From the NCBI GenBank assembly GCA_036785375.1, contig JAWMAR010001001.1, forward strand, positions 62,001 through 126,000: a stretch of DNA of 64,000 nucleotides, read 5' to 3'. The notes under the pieces are model-generated. The model had not been told where the DNA came from. It saw only the letters and a list, made by a program, of their open reading frames with translations, and made no database searches. Positions 1 to 12,597 of the stretch are shown here, piece after piece (position 1 is the stretch's first letter; every line of letters begins with the position of its first letter). The stretch comes from Leucoraja ocellata. Its lineage: Eukaryota. The translations under genes were made by a program, and so were the position numbers.

Positions 1-319
1 TTGGCTATTTAGTGGCCTAACCAGCAAAGTTAAAAGAACACCTGCAGGCTTTTCTGCAATTAATGTTCTGTTCATTTTTAAAAAAAACATCTAACGCTTC
101 AAATTCCCTGCACTGGAGGTGGGGAGTTGGACTCCATACTGATGTTACTTTTACAAAATATTCCAATCAGTCCAAAGAGCTTTTATGGATTATTAATAAA
201 GTCCATCCAGGAACCTGGTCCAGACTTCACGCTGTTTCAATGATGGCCACCTTTTGTACCTGTGTTTGGCCAGGTGAACGCAATTATTAAGAACATACAC
301 AGAACAGTACAGCACAGGC

Positions 320-490
320 CCTTCGACCCCCACTTCCAGTTTTCACCACCCTTCTATGAGCAGTCTGAGGAAGGGTCCCGACCTGAAATGTCACCTATCC
401 ATGTTCTTCACAGATGCTGCCTGACCCACCCGCTGAGTTACTCCTGCACTTTGTGTCTTTTTTTGTAAACAAGCATCTGCAGTACCTTTG
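320..490 (+). mobile_element. Penelope-derived 3' end/pLTR fragment with a degenerate hammerhead-like core
   Basis: CAGTCTGAGGAAGGGTCCCGACCTGAAATGTCACC followed by ...AGATGCTGCCTGACCC...GAGTTACTCC; the same motif ends the Penelope ORFs at 32685 and 55965. Confidence 0.7.
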
Positions 491-1596
491 CAGGGCTCTC
501 GGACCACCATGGACACGCCAAACTAAGTGGCAAATTAAAATAATGATGCTTACTCCAATAATTAAAATAAAATTACTAACACAATTCGATTTTGTGCACC
601 GAATCTAACCATGATGTATATCTTCGCTCTTGAAATATAGACTTGTGAGGTAGTTTTGGTGCAGTTTGGTGGAAGATATCATTAACCACAAAATCGTCAT
701 CCATAAAATTAGTAGCACTTTCTCTCTCTAGCGTAGACTTGTGATAGAGACATTGTTGCATGATCAGCCAGCCTAATACCCTTATCTCTGCCTCCTATTT
801 ACTTATTCAAACTACGACGGTATTTAATTCACTATGTTTTTGCTGTTCTGTGAAGATTGCAGAGAGGAGTATCAAGTCCCTGAATGGAATTTTAAGTTAA
901 TTTGCTTTCCACTGATAATAACTAGTGAACAGATTTTATAGATTCTGTCATTCTATTGATGGATAGCAATTCCAACAGTTTATATGCATAGTTTGGGTTG
1001 AAGTTATGCTCAGACTGTTAGTGCCTGCTGTTTGCAAGGAAATTTGAAAGCACAGAGCATGGAGATGCATCACCAAGAAGTATAACGCTATGTTGAAAGA
1101 CAGAGACTGCGCATGATTCCACTCTCGCTGCAGTGCTATCTGCAGTAATAGGAAAACAGCAATCAAAATGATCTATTGCTTCAAATCTAAAACAGATTTT
1201 TACCTTGAATAAATCACAGAATTTATTAAGAACATTTTCAAGATAACCATCTAAAAAACTAATGCACTCGAAAAAAATAAAATAAGGAAATTCAGGACAT
1301 AGATATAATGGTGAGTGCAAACTAGAACTATATTTTTACTAGACATTAATTGGCATCTGCTTCTATTTGAACCTATAATTCATCAGAGCAAAATGTATGA
1401 ATTAAATTATGCACACTGTCCCCATGTATATTTACTACATTAAAAATCATGTTTAACAGTCATTGCACACCAGGACAAACTACCAACTTCATATAAGGTG
1501 TTATTTAATCTTCTATTCTCCAGATTTTATTTTTTTTTAAAACACCACATAAATATGGGAACAAACCATTAGGTCTTTTTTCCCCATATCATCTTA

Positions 1597-4453
1597 GCTG
1601 TATATGAATGCGCGAAGTATAAGGAACAAAGTGGAGCTTGAGGCTCAGTTAGAAACTGGCAGGTATGATGTTGTGGGAATTACTGAGACATGGCTGCATG
1701 AGGGCCAGGGCTGAGAACTGAATATTCAAGGGTATACCTCCTATCGAAAAGACAGACAGGTGGGCAGGGGGGGGGGGGGTTTCACCATTGGTGAGGAATG
1801 AAAGGGGTGACATTGAAACAGGAGATGTGGAGTCAGTATGCATAGAACTAAGGAATTGTAAGGGTAAAAATACCATAATGGGACTAATCTACAGGCCTCC
1901 AGACAGTAGCCTGAACATAGGGCGCAAGTTGAATCAGGAGTTAAAATTGGCATGTAGCAAAAGTAATGCTGTGGTTGTTATGGCAGATTTCAACATGCAG
2001 GTAGACTGGGAAAATCAGTTTGGTACTGGACCCCAAGAAAGGGACTTTGTAGAGTGCCTTTGTGATGGATTCTTAGAACAGCTTGTATTGGAGCCTACCA
2101 GGGGGAAGGCAATTCTGGATTTAGTGTTATGTAATTAACTGGATTTGATAAAGGATCTCGAGGTTAATGAGCCATTAGGAGGTAGTGACCATAACATGGT
2201 CAGGTTTAATCTACAATTGGAGAGGGAGAAGGGTAGATCGGAGGTGTCAGTTGAATAAAGGGGACTATGGGGCCATGAGGGAGGAGCTGGCCAAAGTTGA
2301 CTGGAAAGATACACTAGCAGGGATGACAGTGGAACAAAAATGGCAGGTGTTTCTAGGAATAATACAGAAGGTGCAGGATCAGTTCATTCTTGGTAGGAAG
2401 AAAGATTCCAAGGGGAGAAAGGTGTGACCATGGTTGACAAGGGACGTCGGGGGCAGTTTGAAAAATAAAGCGAAGAAGAACAATGTAGCAAAGATGAGCG
2501 GGAAGCAAGAGTATTGGGTAATGTTTAAAGAAAAGAAGATAACCAAAAAGACAATACGGGGAGAAAAGATGAGATGCGAAGGTAAGCTAGCCAAGAATAT
2601 AAAGCAGGATAGTAAAAGCTTCTTTAGGTATGTGAAGAGGAAAAAATTAGTTAAGACCAAAGTTGGATCCTTGAAGACCGAAAAAAGTAAATTTATTATG
2701 GGGTCAAGGAAATGGCAGATGAGATGAACAGGTACTTTGGATCTGTCTTCACTAAGGAGGACATAAACAATCTTCCTGATATAGTAGTGGCCAGAGGATC
2801 TGGGGTGACGGAGGAACTGAAGGAAATCCACATTAGGCAGGAAATGGTGTTGGATGGACTGATGGGACTGAAGGCTGATAAATCTCCAGGGCCTGATGGT
2901 CTGCATCCCAGGGTACTTAATGAAGTGGCTCTAGAAATCGTGGATTTATTGGTGATAATTTTATAATGTTCTACAGACTCAGGATCAGTTCCTGTGGATT
3001 GGACAGTAGCTAATGTTGTCCTACTTTTTAAGAAAGGCGGGAGAGAGAAAACAGGGAATTATAGACCAGTTAGCCTTACGTTGGTGGTGGGGAAGATGCT
3101 GGAGTCAATTATAAAAGATGAAATAGCCACACATTTGGATAGCAGTAACAGGATTGGTCCGAGTCAGCATGGATTTACAAAGGGGAAATCATGCTTGACT
3201 AATCTTCTGGAATTTTTTGAAGATGTAACTAGGAAAATGGACAAGGGAGAGCCAGTGGATGTAGTGTACCTGGACTTTCAGAAAGCATTTGATAAGGTCC
3301 CACATAGGAGATTAGTGGGCACAATTAGGGCACATGGTATTGGGAGTAGAGTGTTGACATGGATAGAGAAGTGGTTGGCAGACAGGAAACAAAGAGTAGG
3401 GATTAACGGGACCCTTTCAGAAAGGCAGGCAGTGACTAATGGGGTAGTGCTAGGCTCGGTGCTGGGAACGCAGCTATTTACAATATACATCAATGATTTG
3501 GATGAAGGGATTCAAAGTAACGGTAGCAAATTTGCAGATGACACAAAGCTGGGTGGCAGTGTGAACTGTACGGAGGATGCTATGAGAATGCAGGGTGACT
3601 TGGACAGGTTGGGGGAGTGGGCAGATGCATGGCAGATGAAGTTTAATGCGGATAAATGTGAGGTTATCCACTTTGGTAGCAAAAACAGGAAGGCAGATTA
3701 CTATCTAAATGGTGTCAAGTTAGGAAAAGGGGAAGTACAACGGGATCTGGGGGTCCTTGTTCATCAGTCTATGAAAGTAAGCATGCAGGTACAGCAGGCA
3801 GTGAAGAAAGTAAATGGCATGTTGGCCTTTATAACAAGAGGAATCAAATATAGGAGCAAAGAGGTCCTTCTGCAGTTGTACAGAACCCTAATGAGACCAC
3901 ACCTGGAGTATTGTGTACACTTTTGATCCCCTAATTTGAGGAAGGACATTCTTGCTATTGACAGAGTGTAGCGTAGTATTACAAGGCTAATTCCCGGGAT
4001 GGTGGGACTGTCATATGCTGAGAGAATGGAGCAGCTGGGCTTGTACACTCTGGAGTTTAGAAGGATAAGAGGGGATCTCATTGAAACATATAAGATTGTT
4101 AAGGGTTTGGACACGCTAGAGGCAGGAAACACTTTCCCGATGTTGGAGGCGTCCAGAACCAGGGGCCACAGTTTAAGAATAAGAAGTAAGCCATTTAGAA
4201 CGGAGACGAGGAAACACTTTTTCTCACAGAGAGTGGTGAGACTGCGGAATTCTCTGCCTCAGAGGGCGGTAGAGGCAGGTTCTCTGGATGCTTTCAAGAG
4301 AGAGCTAGATAGGGCTCTTAAATATAGTGGAGTCAGGGGATATGGGGAGAAGGCAGGAACGGGATACTGATTGGGGATGATCAGCCATGATCACATTGAA
4401 TGGCGGTGCTGGCTCGAAGGACCGAATGGCCTACTCCTTCACCTATTGTCTAT
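1597..4453 (+). mobile_element. CR1-clade LINE (HER1-like), near-complete ORF2 (APE endonuclease + RT) and 3' tail; disrupted
   Basis: YMNARSIRNK and GITETWL at the start, GLIYRPP, DFN, KSPGPDGLHPRVL, NYRPVSLT, LDFQKAFDKVPH, KFADDTKL, RPHLEYC, TRGHSLR; in-frame stops and frameshifts split the ORF; CR1-type 3' tail GGCCTACTCC...CCTATTGTCTAT. Confidence 0.95.
2994..3926 (+). pseudogene. CR1 reverse transcriptase domain (longest intact frame, 310 aa)
   Basis: ORF track; QHGF, AFDKV, FADD motifs; flanked by stop codons. Confidence 0.9.
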
Positions 4454-4759
4454 CTTATTCTTCAACCTCTTCTCTCCAGAAATGTGCTTATCTTTTAAAT
4501 CAATTTATACTGCCCCTATCAATAATGTTTCTTCACGATTTATTACAACTCCTTTACCTGTTAGTAAATCTATACTCGGTTTTATCTCCTTCTTCTCAAA
4601 TCAACTAGTGCAACATGTAACTGAATATATATTTGAGGTGAAATGAGTGTGCCTGGGTTAAAACAACCAATTGACCAGAGCAGCACTGTCAATTCCCTTC
4701 ACAGGCTTGAAAACCTCCAATATTCCTGCATTCTGCAAAAAAGTACTCCCAAATTCTTT

Positions 4760-4882
4760 TTTTTTTGCTTCTTCTCGCTCGCCACATCAGTCTGAAGAAG
4801 GGTCTCGACCTGAAACGTCACCTATTCCTTCACTCCATAAATGCTGCCTCGCCCGCTGAGTTTCTCCAGCATTTTTATCTAC
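4760..4882 (+). mobile_element. Short Penelope 3'-end insertion with 14-bp target duplication and hammerhead core
   Basis: CTCCCAAATTCTTT at 4746-4759 and 4883-4896; CTGAAGA (4792) ... GAAA (4812) CGTC. Confidence 0.8.
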
Positions 4883-7104
4883 CTCCCAAATTCTTTAAAT
4901 GCTTTACCATTATATAGTTGATATTGCAAATACAGTCTATAGAGGAATAAGTATTGTGAAATGATTTTCCTGGTGCAAAAGACTGCAAGCTAAAGCAGCA
5001 CTTTCTGAAATGAGATCAGATATGATCGATTTATAAACATATTTATTCCACAATGCAATTTGTACATGACCAAATGATTTATTGACGTGATTGCACCAAT
5101 CACCTTTACACATTTAAAGATGTTGCTAGAAAAGCAAATATTCTTCACAACATTTTTGCTAGAGCTGGTAAAAATATTAATACAAATGATTGAACTTCCC
5201 ACTGTCTCTAGATTATCAGAGTGCTTGATCAGTATTCCATGCTGGATAAGTAGAAATATCCTCCAACTAAATATTAGGAAAATGTGTTCATGTCCCTTCA
5301 AATGTTTTACCTTAGCTCCTGGCTCTGTTCTTATTTCATGCAAATGTCTGACACTCAATCAGGCTATTCACAACCTGGGTCTCCTTTTTGACCAGTAGAT
5401 TAGCTGCATAATCACTAACAATAACTACTTCCACCTCAGCAATATTTCCCAACTGTATTTTCACCTCTGCTCATTTGACATTCATACCCACAGCCATGTG
5501 TTCATTACACATGATTATCCCTCTGCACTTCCGGATGGCCTCCCACATTTGACCGAAAGAGTTTATAATGAGTGACCTATGACCTGGGCATGCGCAGTCG
5601 GATTACCAAACTCGCTTTTACTCACATTTTAATGGTTAATGTATCGTGCAAAGGTTAAAAGTGAAATTTGCGATAATTCATAATGAGTGCGTCCACATTA
5701 ACTTATTTTCAACAGACGTAATGCAGTTTCCATTGCAAACTGTTTGACTGTCTAAAGGAAGGGGCAGTCCAGCTGATAGTGGGACTTCCCCTTTAAGAGG
5801 GTTCTCAACCAGTGCTATTGAACTTGGCAAATTGTAAGTCTGAATAAGGGTCCCGACCCAAAAAATCATCCATTCCTTCTTTCCAGAGATGCTGCCTGTT
5901 GTTCCAGCGTTTTGTGTCTATCTTTGGCAAATTGTAACTCAACGTCTCGTCATTCTCTATTGGAGTTCTCTGATGGAAGGAGGAGTACATGTATTGCTAT
6001 GATTATAAACAATTGCAGCTTCCCTTTATCGGAAAATTGAAATTTGGTGTACATTTCCAGTGTACTTGTTTCTTCTTTCATCTATATCAATCAGTTTGAC
6101 ACCAAGAAATATCAATGCAATATAAATAGATATAAATCTATCCTCTAAGTCTCTCCACCATTCCCTGAGATATCAGTTTTTTCCATATCTGGGTTCATCA
6201 TTAAAATAATTTCATCATCCTCATGGTTTGCTCCCATGCTCTGGAATGTCCTCTACCTCATAGCCTCGTGTTCTCTTTCCCTTTCAACTCACTTCCTTAG
6301 TCACGCATTTGGAGATCCACCTTAATGGTCTGAACATCGACTGGCAGCTGGTGGTTACTGTAGTGTTGTTTTTTTCATGGAAGATACAACACAATAAGCA
6401 AGAATCCCAAGGAGCTCAGCCTCCCAGTTCATACATGGGTGGACGGTACCTGGTACTAATGATCCAGATTGCATCAGTATGAGTCATTGCAATATAAAAA
6501 TAACACAACTTGTCAAAGTCTCCCACGCAGCATCAGGTAAGGAATCTCTGAACGTTAAAGTTTTATTACATTTGGATTTAGAGCTAAAAAATTAATGGCA
6601 TTTGATATGTATGAGGAAAGTATTTTAGTTGTCTCGTCTATGAGCAAGGACATCAGACTGAAGCACTGTCTTTCACGCGGGTCATCTTCTTTCACTCCCA
6701 AATAAATTTAATGGGGATGTTAATGCATCCTCACTGTTACATGTACATAATATATTTGTCTTTCAAAAGGACACAAAGTGCTGGAATAACTTCAGGCAGC
6801 TTCTCTGGCGAACGTGGATAGATGATGTTGCAGGATGGGACCCTTCTTCAGATCTTTCTTTTTCTCTCATTTTGCATTGAGAGCCAAACTTAGCTATTCT
6901 TTCTTTCCAAGCTTACAGACACTATGTATGAGTAAAGCACGTCCACTGCTATTCTAACTAAGATCTTCAATATCAACATATCTTTTTCTTATTCCTATAG
7001 AAAAGCATGCCTCCATTTTGGGGCAAGGCATTAGTTGGTGTGTGGCACTGTTCACATATGGCTCTCATGGGATGCAACCCTTTTTCATCTGAATCTGAAT
7101 CTGA

Positions 7105-7466
7105 ATCTTTTAGTTTAGTTTTGGGATACAGCAATGAAACAGGCCCTTCGGCCCACCAAGTCCGCACCGACCAGCAATCCCCGCACATTAACACTATCCT
7201 ACACACACTAGGGATCATTTTACACATACACCAAGCCAATTAACCTACATAACCATAAGTCTTTGGAGTGTAGGAGGAAACCGAAGATCTTGGAGAAATC
7301 TCACGGGGTCATGGGAAGAACGTAAATCTCCGTACAGACAGTACCCGTAGTTGGGATCGAACCCGGGTCTCCAGCGCTGCAAGGCAGCAACTCTACCGCT
7401 GCACCACCATGCGGCCATAAACCTGCACCACCGTGCCGCACTAAAACTGCGCCATTGTGCCGCCAT
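7105..7466 (-). mobile_element. tRNA-derived V-SINE (HE1-like) with partly reiterated 5' head
   Basis: Minus strand: A-box-like GGTGCAGCGGTAGAG, B box GGTTCGATCCC, V-domain TCGGTTTCCTCCTACACTCCAAAGAC, CR1-like tail GGGCCGAAGGGCCTGTTTC and (AAACT)n. Confidence 0.9.
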
Positions 7467-7937
7467 GTCGTTTGGTAGATTTAATTCTGTTTTTTGTGTG
7501 TGGGTACAGATCTAATTATGTACAGTTTTGCCAGTGTATGATTCTTCATCAGTATGGTTTGCTGGTTATTGTTCCAGAAGATATGCCACAGCTAGAGTAT
7601 TGCACTATTGAAGTATAGTTCGATTGCATTACGATTTTTTAAGAGGTAAAGCATTGTGATATGGTATTAGATTAGATAGGACGAGTGGATATGGTTTTGC
7701 TGAGGTAAGGTGCACCTGGTGTATAATTGCATTGAAACTGTTAAAGCAAGGACTTTAATGCTCCTTCATTCGCCATGAAAAAAACTTGTCTGGTGTATAG
7801 GGAGGTTTCACAGCAGTCGGGTCACGACCCATGACCCGTACTGTTGCTACGCTACGCCAAGTGGAGTACACGCGATGAACTGCAGGTAAGCACTTACCAT
7901 TGTTTCCAGCATAGCGGGCCCGTTAATACCCGCCGAA

Positions 7938-8123
7938 ATGGTCAATTTTTGCGCTGTAAATAATTATGGAAATCGGGATAAGCGTGTGTGACATTTAGCA
8001 TACTTCAGAATTCCAAAAGTGAGGAGAAATGACGGTAGATAGAAGCGAGAGCTGAAGGGACAACAACAGACAGAGTGCTTGGCGAACATTGGCCGTTTGC
8101 TCACTGCATTTCATCAATTAAGG
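7938..8123 (+). pseudogene. Second, degraded THAP exon copy (left arm)
   Basis: MVNFCAVNNYGNRDKRV*HLAYFRIPKVRRNDGR*KRELKGQQQ..., with internal stops and a deletion before CSLHF. Confidence 0.75.
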
Positions 8124-8293
8124 CATTATTTGTGCTTTTTCTTGATTCCTTTGGCATCTAAAAAGTTTCAGAAGTGATACATCTGGCTGTAAAATTTTAA
8201 AATCGCCCATGGTTCTCAAGTGGGTTTTTACATACAAAAAGAAAATGCCTCTGAAGCAAAATTTACAGCCAGATTTATCACTCCTGAGACTTT

Positions 8294-8557
8294 TTAGATA
8301 ACAAAGGAATCAAGAAAAACCACAAATAATGCCTTACTGTTGTTGAAATGCAGTGAGCAAACGCGATAATTCCCAATATTTTCAATTCCGATATCTGCAC
8401 GGCCAATGTTCGCAAAGCACTTTAGTTGTTGATGTCCCTTCAGCTCTCGCTTCTCTTTACCTTCATTTCGCTTCACTTTTGGAATTCTAAAGTTGGGTAC
8501 ATGTCTCTCACACTTACCCCGACTTCCACAATGCTTTACAGCGCAAAAATTCAACAT
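8294..8557 (-). pseudogene. THAP-type C2CH zinc-finger exon remnant
   Basis: MLNFCAVKHC...FRIPKV...RVCSLHF matches the THAP signature (M-x3-C-x4-C...P...VC-x2-HF); starts at TTG, the conserved Trp is absent, and a GTAAGG donor-like site follows HFNN. Confidence 0.8.
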
Positions 8558-9464
8558 TTTGGCAGTTTTTAACAGGTAGGAAAGTACGCGTTTCTTGCAT
8601 TAATAACATATACCGGAAGTTACGGATGTCCTCCAGATGGATTGAGCGGCTCCGTGCGTCATGCCCTATGACCCAGTGACCTTACGTGCAACCCCCCTAT
8701 TCTCCAGATTGGCGGAACTTTGAAGTATTATTCACAGTTAAAAGTATGTTTCCTTCATTTATTAAAGCAATAGAATGATAATTAGAATTCAACTGAATAT
8801 CAATTGCATTGCAGACTGGAGGGGTAGTGGCTTTATAGTGCGCTGATGCTGTCTGCTTTGCGGTCGTGCTGTGCAGGATTCACCAGAGAGAGGGACTGCT
8901 GAACTCCTTTCTCGTGTATGCCAGTTAGTCCATTGGACGACGGGGTTCTTAATTTTAACAGCTGCTGAAAAAATAACCAACATACAATGAGTTGCACCAC
9001 CTGGCCCAATATTTCCTTTGAAGATAGACAGAAGAAGGGTCTCAACCCAAAACGTCACCTATTCTTTTTCTCCAGAGATGCTGCCAGAACCGCTGAGTTA
9101 CTCCAGCATTTCGTGTTTATCTTTGGTGTAGACTAGCAGCTGCAGTTCCTTCCTACACTAATATTTCCTCCTTTGGTTCAATATAATTTTTTTCTAAATA
9201 CCGCTCCCATGGAGCATTGTGAGATGGCTTCGTACATTAAGGTGCTATAAAATCACAACATTTTCTGTATTTGGAAAATGAATGTCAAACTTGTTTTGTA
9301 AACAGAGACACATGGAACAAATATTCTAACTTTGTCACAGAAGCAGAAAGTAAAGTCATCCTGGGACTGGAAATAGGAAATGGCCCAATTTTTGTTTGAA
9401 TGCCATCTATGACATCGGGTCGATATAGGCCCAATCCTTTTACTTAATAAATGTGAAATTAGTG

Positions 9465-9670
9465 GAACAGATGGCAGTGGAGGCCAATTCGCTGGATGTT
9501 TTCAAGTGAGAGTTAGATTTAGCTCTTATGGCTAAAGGAATCAAGGGGTATGGGGGAAAAAAGCAGGAATGGAGTACTGATTTTAGATGATCAGCCATGA
9601 TCATATTGAATGGCGGTGCTGGCTCGAAGGGCCGAATGGCCTACTCCTGCACCTATTTTTCTATGTTTCT
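9465..9670 (+). mobile_element. CR1 3' end fragment
   Basis: Matches 4260-4450 (GATCAGCCATGATCATATTGAATGGCGGTGCTGGCTCGAAGGGCCGAATGGCCTACTCCTGCACC). Confidence 0.9.
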
Positions 9671-11057
9671 GTTACAACATGGAGCATAGAACAGTACAGC
9701 CTAGGAACAGGCCCTTTGGCCCACAAAGTCTGCACCAAACATAATGCCAAGTTAAACTAAACACCTCTGCCTGCATGTGATCCATGTCCCTCCATTCCCT
9801 ACACATCCATTGCCTCTCCAAACCCCTCTAAGATGCTTCTACCGCATCTACCTCCTCCCCCGCCCAAGGCATTGCATTCCATACACTCTGTGTATTGTCT
9901 TATTGTATTCAATATTAGGGGGGAAATAATGGTTTAAACACTGTTTAATGGTGTCAGAATTATTTAAGAGCTACTGATCTTGTCACAAAGATTATGTATA
10001 ATAAACTAAAATTATACCCATTCTGACTAATTTGTTATCTTACAACAATTTTACTTAAATAGAACAAACATTGAAAGATTCTGGAAGAAATTCAAGAAAT
10101 CATTTGATTTTAAGCATCATTGACCTTGGCATCAACTTACTCACTAGCCCAGTTTTAAATATATGATATGGAAGCGAGTGACAAAGAAAAGGAAAGGTTC
10201 CTAACAACCATTTCAATAGACAGTCGAAAGCTAATTGTGATTCATCACATCACCAACATGCCAAAACAGTGCAGTGTGCACACAAAGGGGATAGACGTGC
10301 ATCCTTTAATGCTGCATTTTCATTTCCCAGGTGGAGAAAACTTTCTGGAAAAAAAATTACATAGGGATCTGAGAAATCACTGCTTGTAACTCTGCATCCA
10401 CTGGGAAAGCAAACTGTTATAATTTAGTATGAAGATCATTAATCTGTTGCTTCTGTTCAATTGATTATAAAGGGTTTCAACTACCAAGGGGAAAGAAAGA
10501 AAATCAGAAATCCTAGGACCACTTGAAAATTTGAAATATCTAGGCCAACTGAAAATTTGAACAGCTGAGAAGGTCTTTTGAGACCAGCTGCCAAACTAAT
10601 CTTAATAGAGCAAGACAAATAATTTCTATGCTTGCATATGCAAACTTCAGCATTTAACTATCAAACACAAAATTAGGGAAGGGACAGTGGAATTGGCTAT
10701 GAGGCTGCATCTGTTTCAAAAGAAAATTGAGTGTTTGAGTCTATTTTTTGAAGATTGATGAACTACTGTAACTATTTTTACATTAAAATATGATTTAAAA
10801 ATAGCCAAATTGTTTCTTTAGCAAATTGCTGCAAGAACTCAGCAGGTTATGTAGCACCTGTGGAGGCAAGAGGATAATCGGCTTTTCGGGTCGACCCCTG
10901 CATCAGTCTTTCTTCATTTTTGTTAACAATTATCCAGTGTTAAGCAAAATTTACCAACCGTTTAGCATTGATTTAAAATATCCCAGGCAGTTTTATCTTG
11001 TTTAAATCATGACTGTCACATTTGCACGAAGCTTGAAGGAGGAAAAAAAATAAAGAG

Positions 11058-11245
11058 GGGACACAAAGAAACTGCAGATGCTGGAATCTTGACAAAACAC
11101 AAAGTGCTGGAGGAACTCAGCGGGTCAAGCAACATCTGGGGAAGGAATGGACAGGTGACATTTCCTCAGACTCTGAAGCAGGGTTCCAACCTTGTCCATT
11201 CCCTCCACAGATGCTACCTGACCCGCTGAATTCCTCCAGTACTTT
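11058..11245. mobile_element. Palindromic Penelope-end-derived element
   Basis: GTGCTGGAGGAACTCAGCGGGTCAAGCAACATCTG is inverted against CAGATGCTACCTGACCCGCTGAATTCCTCCAGTAC. Confidence 0.75.
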
Positions 11246-12597
11246 TGAGTATTCTGACTTTTTGATGTATTTTTAATTTAACATCTGTACGTATATCACC
11301 TGTATACTGACAGATGTTCAACAAAGAATGTCAAAAAGACTTTACCCTCACATTATTTTAAGCCATGTTTGGCCTCTATCCTTTCCCCTTGCAGCCTTAC
11401 ATTTTATGAAGTCGACTCTTTCAGCATGAAGGACAGTACGTCATTGTTCAGCTTGATTCCTTCAGTGTTGCTTCAGTACTAGTTCTACAGGGCATTTTCT
11501 CAATTTAGAACAGTTTTCTTTGATGGAACTGAATTGTTCCTTTCAGCTACAATATTTGTGACTTATGGGTCAGGCCATAATTTAAACGTTTACAGAAAAG
11601 GACACAGTTAAAGGGTTATGAAGATAAAATGCATTAAAAAAGAACTTTGACGGATGAGTGAAAGTATGTTGTCTACTCATAAGACGTACAAATTCCCCCT
11701 TTCATCTTTGAACAGAGCAAACCAAGAAGAAAAATGTATTACTCTCAGATGAAATGCTGCTTGACCCTGTAAAAATTTTTTTAAAGGAAAACTGTGACAT
11801 TTTTAGAATGCCTTTTTTGTTATTGCTCATTTTTCAGGATCCGGATAGCACTGGTTTGCCCATCCCTAGTTTAAGATGATTCAAAATGCATGGCAGCGGA
11901 TCACGATGATAAATCAGATACACTGTGATTGAGGAGAATGTTTGAATCGAAATGTATTGAAGACAATTTGATGGGGAAAGCAGTGCAGGGCATCTGGCAT
12001 ACAGCTCCCATTCTGTTTAGCTTTGTGATCTAACTGTTGTGATGACATGTTCCACCTTCTACAGTGCACATACAAAAGACAGTTAAAATATGCTCACCTT
12101 TAAACACAGCTGTCTTAAATGTCAGTTTTTCAGGTGCAGTGTAAACCATTATACCTTGAGAATAAAATATTCAGTGAATAGTCAAATGCTATATACATAT
12201 AGGGCTGAATTTGATAGCTCCCAAAAACAGGATAGGGAGTCATGAAGCACAATAAATCCATGCCCATTGATTGTAATGCAGGCAGCGTAATGACTATGTG
12301 CTGCATGCTCCTTGCAATGATTTCAGCAACCAGCCAGCACCAGCCGTGCTATTGATAGGCTTTGTTCTTCAGCAAGGGGCTAATATTGTCCGTGTCAGTC
12401 AACCAGTTACAGTCGGTTAAAGGTGCAGCTACTGATAGCTACGTGGAGCAGCAACCTGCTGTCCTGTTAGGAAGATGGCATTCATTCCCAGTGTTATCAG
12501 GTGTTATCAGGCTTTCAAACGGACCTTCCATAGGCTTGGGTACAGTGCAATTCACCTCTACCGCAATGAGGACAATGGACTTTGTCAATGCAACTGA

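Larger units (their letters stand above)
7799..8698. mobile_element. Non-autonomous palindromic DNA transposon with THAP-coding arms (ISL2EU/Harbinger-like, tentative)
   Basis: Imperfect TIRs AGGGAGGTTTCAC / GTGCAACCCCCCT flanked by AT on both sides; about 7930-8195 is an inverted, diverged copy of about 8258-8570. Confidence 0.8.

Noticed and set aside
5555-5960. Possible small DNA transposon (TGACCTATGACC resembles the THAP element's subterminal repeats)
   Set aside because: No convincing TIR pair or TSD could be identified
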